Shown piece after piece: positions 63,863-64,000 of a DNA stretch of 64,000 bases. The stretch comes from Candidatus Peribacterales bacterium (GTDB taxonomy: Bacteria; Patescibacteriota; Gracilibacteria; Peribacterales; Peribacteraceae), in contig JAGVDM010000003.1 of the NCBI GenBank assembly GCA_020058765.1, positions 52,019 to 116,018 on the forward strand. The letters are read 5' to 3'. The notes under the pieces are model-generated. The model did not search any database. It had not been told where the DNA came from and saw only the letters and a list, made by a program, of their open reading frames with translations. A program made the position numbers and the translations under genes. Numbering within the stretch: the stretch's first letter is position 1; each line of letters opens with the position of its first letter.

Positions 63863-63873
63863 TATTGTACCAT
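63863..63873 (-). promoter_or_regulatory. Extended -10 element ATGGTACAATA, 5 nt upstream of the pilin-operon ATG
   Basis: The minus strand reads ATGGTACAATAttttgATGATTTCT. The same 11-mer at the same spacing occurs at 53428-53438. Confidence 0.45.
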
Positions 63874-63984
63874 AAACACCCCGCAAATACGAGGCCAAAA
63901 CAACGCTCTACAAGCCGATATAGCCAAGAAAGAGGCTTCGTGCTTGCATCCGCGAGGCAGTCTCCGTAGCATCTGGCTCTGCGC

Positions 63985-64000
63985 GCGGATGTAGCTCAGT
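63985..64000 (+). tRNA. 5' start of a tRNA or of another tRNA-5'-half mimic, cut by the window edge
   Basis: GCGGATG-TA-GCTCAGT fits an acceptor strand plus the start of a D arm. Its identity cannot be determined. Confidence 0.35.

Noticed and set aside
1-64000. Possibility of an alternative genetic code (UGA = Gly or Trp, as in Gracilibacteria/SR1 or mycoplasmas).
   Set aside because: TGA terminates well-defined genes, for example at the ATGA overlaps pfk/lipoprotein at 30579-30582 and 42757-42760. Conserved proteins read through at full length with standard stops.

Overview
This is a compact, gene-dense bacterial chromosomal segment, about 55-60 % G+C by eye, using the standard genetic code (TGA serves as a stop). 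The gene content suggests a Candidate Phyla Radiation / Patescibacteria-type organism, possibly Peregrinibacteria-like, but that placement is inference only. Housekeeping genes I recognise with confidence are rseP, comF, dut, ftsZ-ftsA, a 5'-3' exonuclease, truB, prs, ruvC, recF, trxB, gdhA, pfk, murD, murF, grpE, argS, metG, fmt, rbfA and nrnA. There are five complete tRNAs: Val-GAC, Lys-CTT, Ile-GAT, Leu-CAA and a CAT-anticodon tRNA. No rRNA, CRISPR array, transposase or integrase is visible.

Main observations:
- **tRNA 5'-half mimics.** Three of the five tRNAs (Val, Ile, CAT) are preceded by about 100-nt copies of their own first ~20 nt. Each copy then carries a GC-rich hairpin whose sequence differs between copies while its pairing is kept. 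The module is present twice in tandem at tRNA-Ile. I cannot match this to any named RNA class.
- **Cassette in dut.** A 1.34-kb AT-rich two-gene cassette sits in the 3' end of dut, bracketed by 55-bp direct repeats. It encodes a CysK-like PLP enzyme and a Zn-ribbon membrane protein. The displaced original dut terminus is still present downstream.
- **att-like repeat at the CAT tRNA.** A 15-nt direct repeat of the tRNA 3' end lies 376 bp downstream of the tRNA.
- **Dispersed type-IV-secretion-like set.** It comprises a VirB4-like ATPase with a lipoprotein, a three-gene VirB2/TrbC-like pilin operon that includes a fused double pilin, and an orphan pilin. The two operons share a near-identical ATGGTACAATA-N5-ATG 5' module, which suggests leaderless transcripts.
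- **Unusual peptidoglycan genes.** These are a MurL-like PP-loop enzyme overlapping murD, a MurF with a polytopic membrane N-terminus coupled to DegT and FemAB genes, and a truncated GlgA-like protein lacking the catalytic Glu.
- **Other items.** A 1498-aa orphan protein, and polyamine genes (an arginase-fold enzyme and homospermidine synthase).

Everything here comes from reading the sequence and the ORF track. No database search was run.
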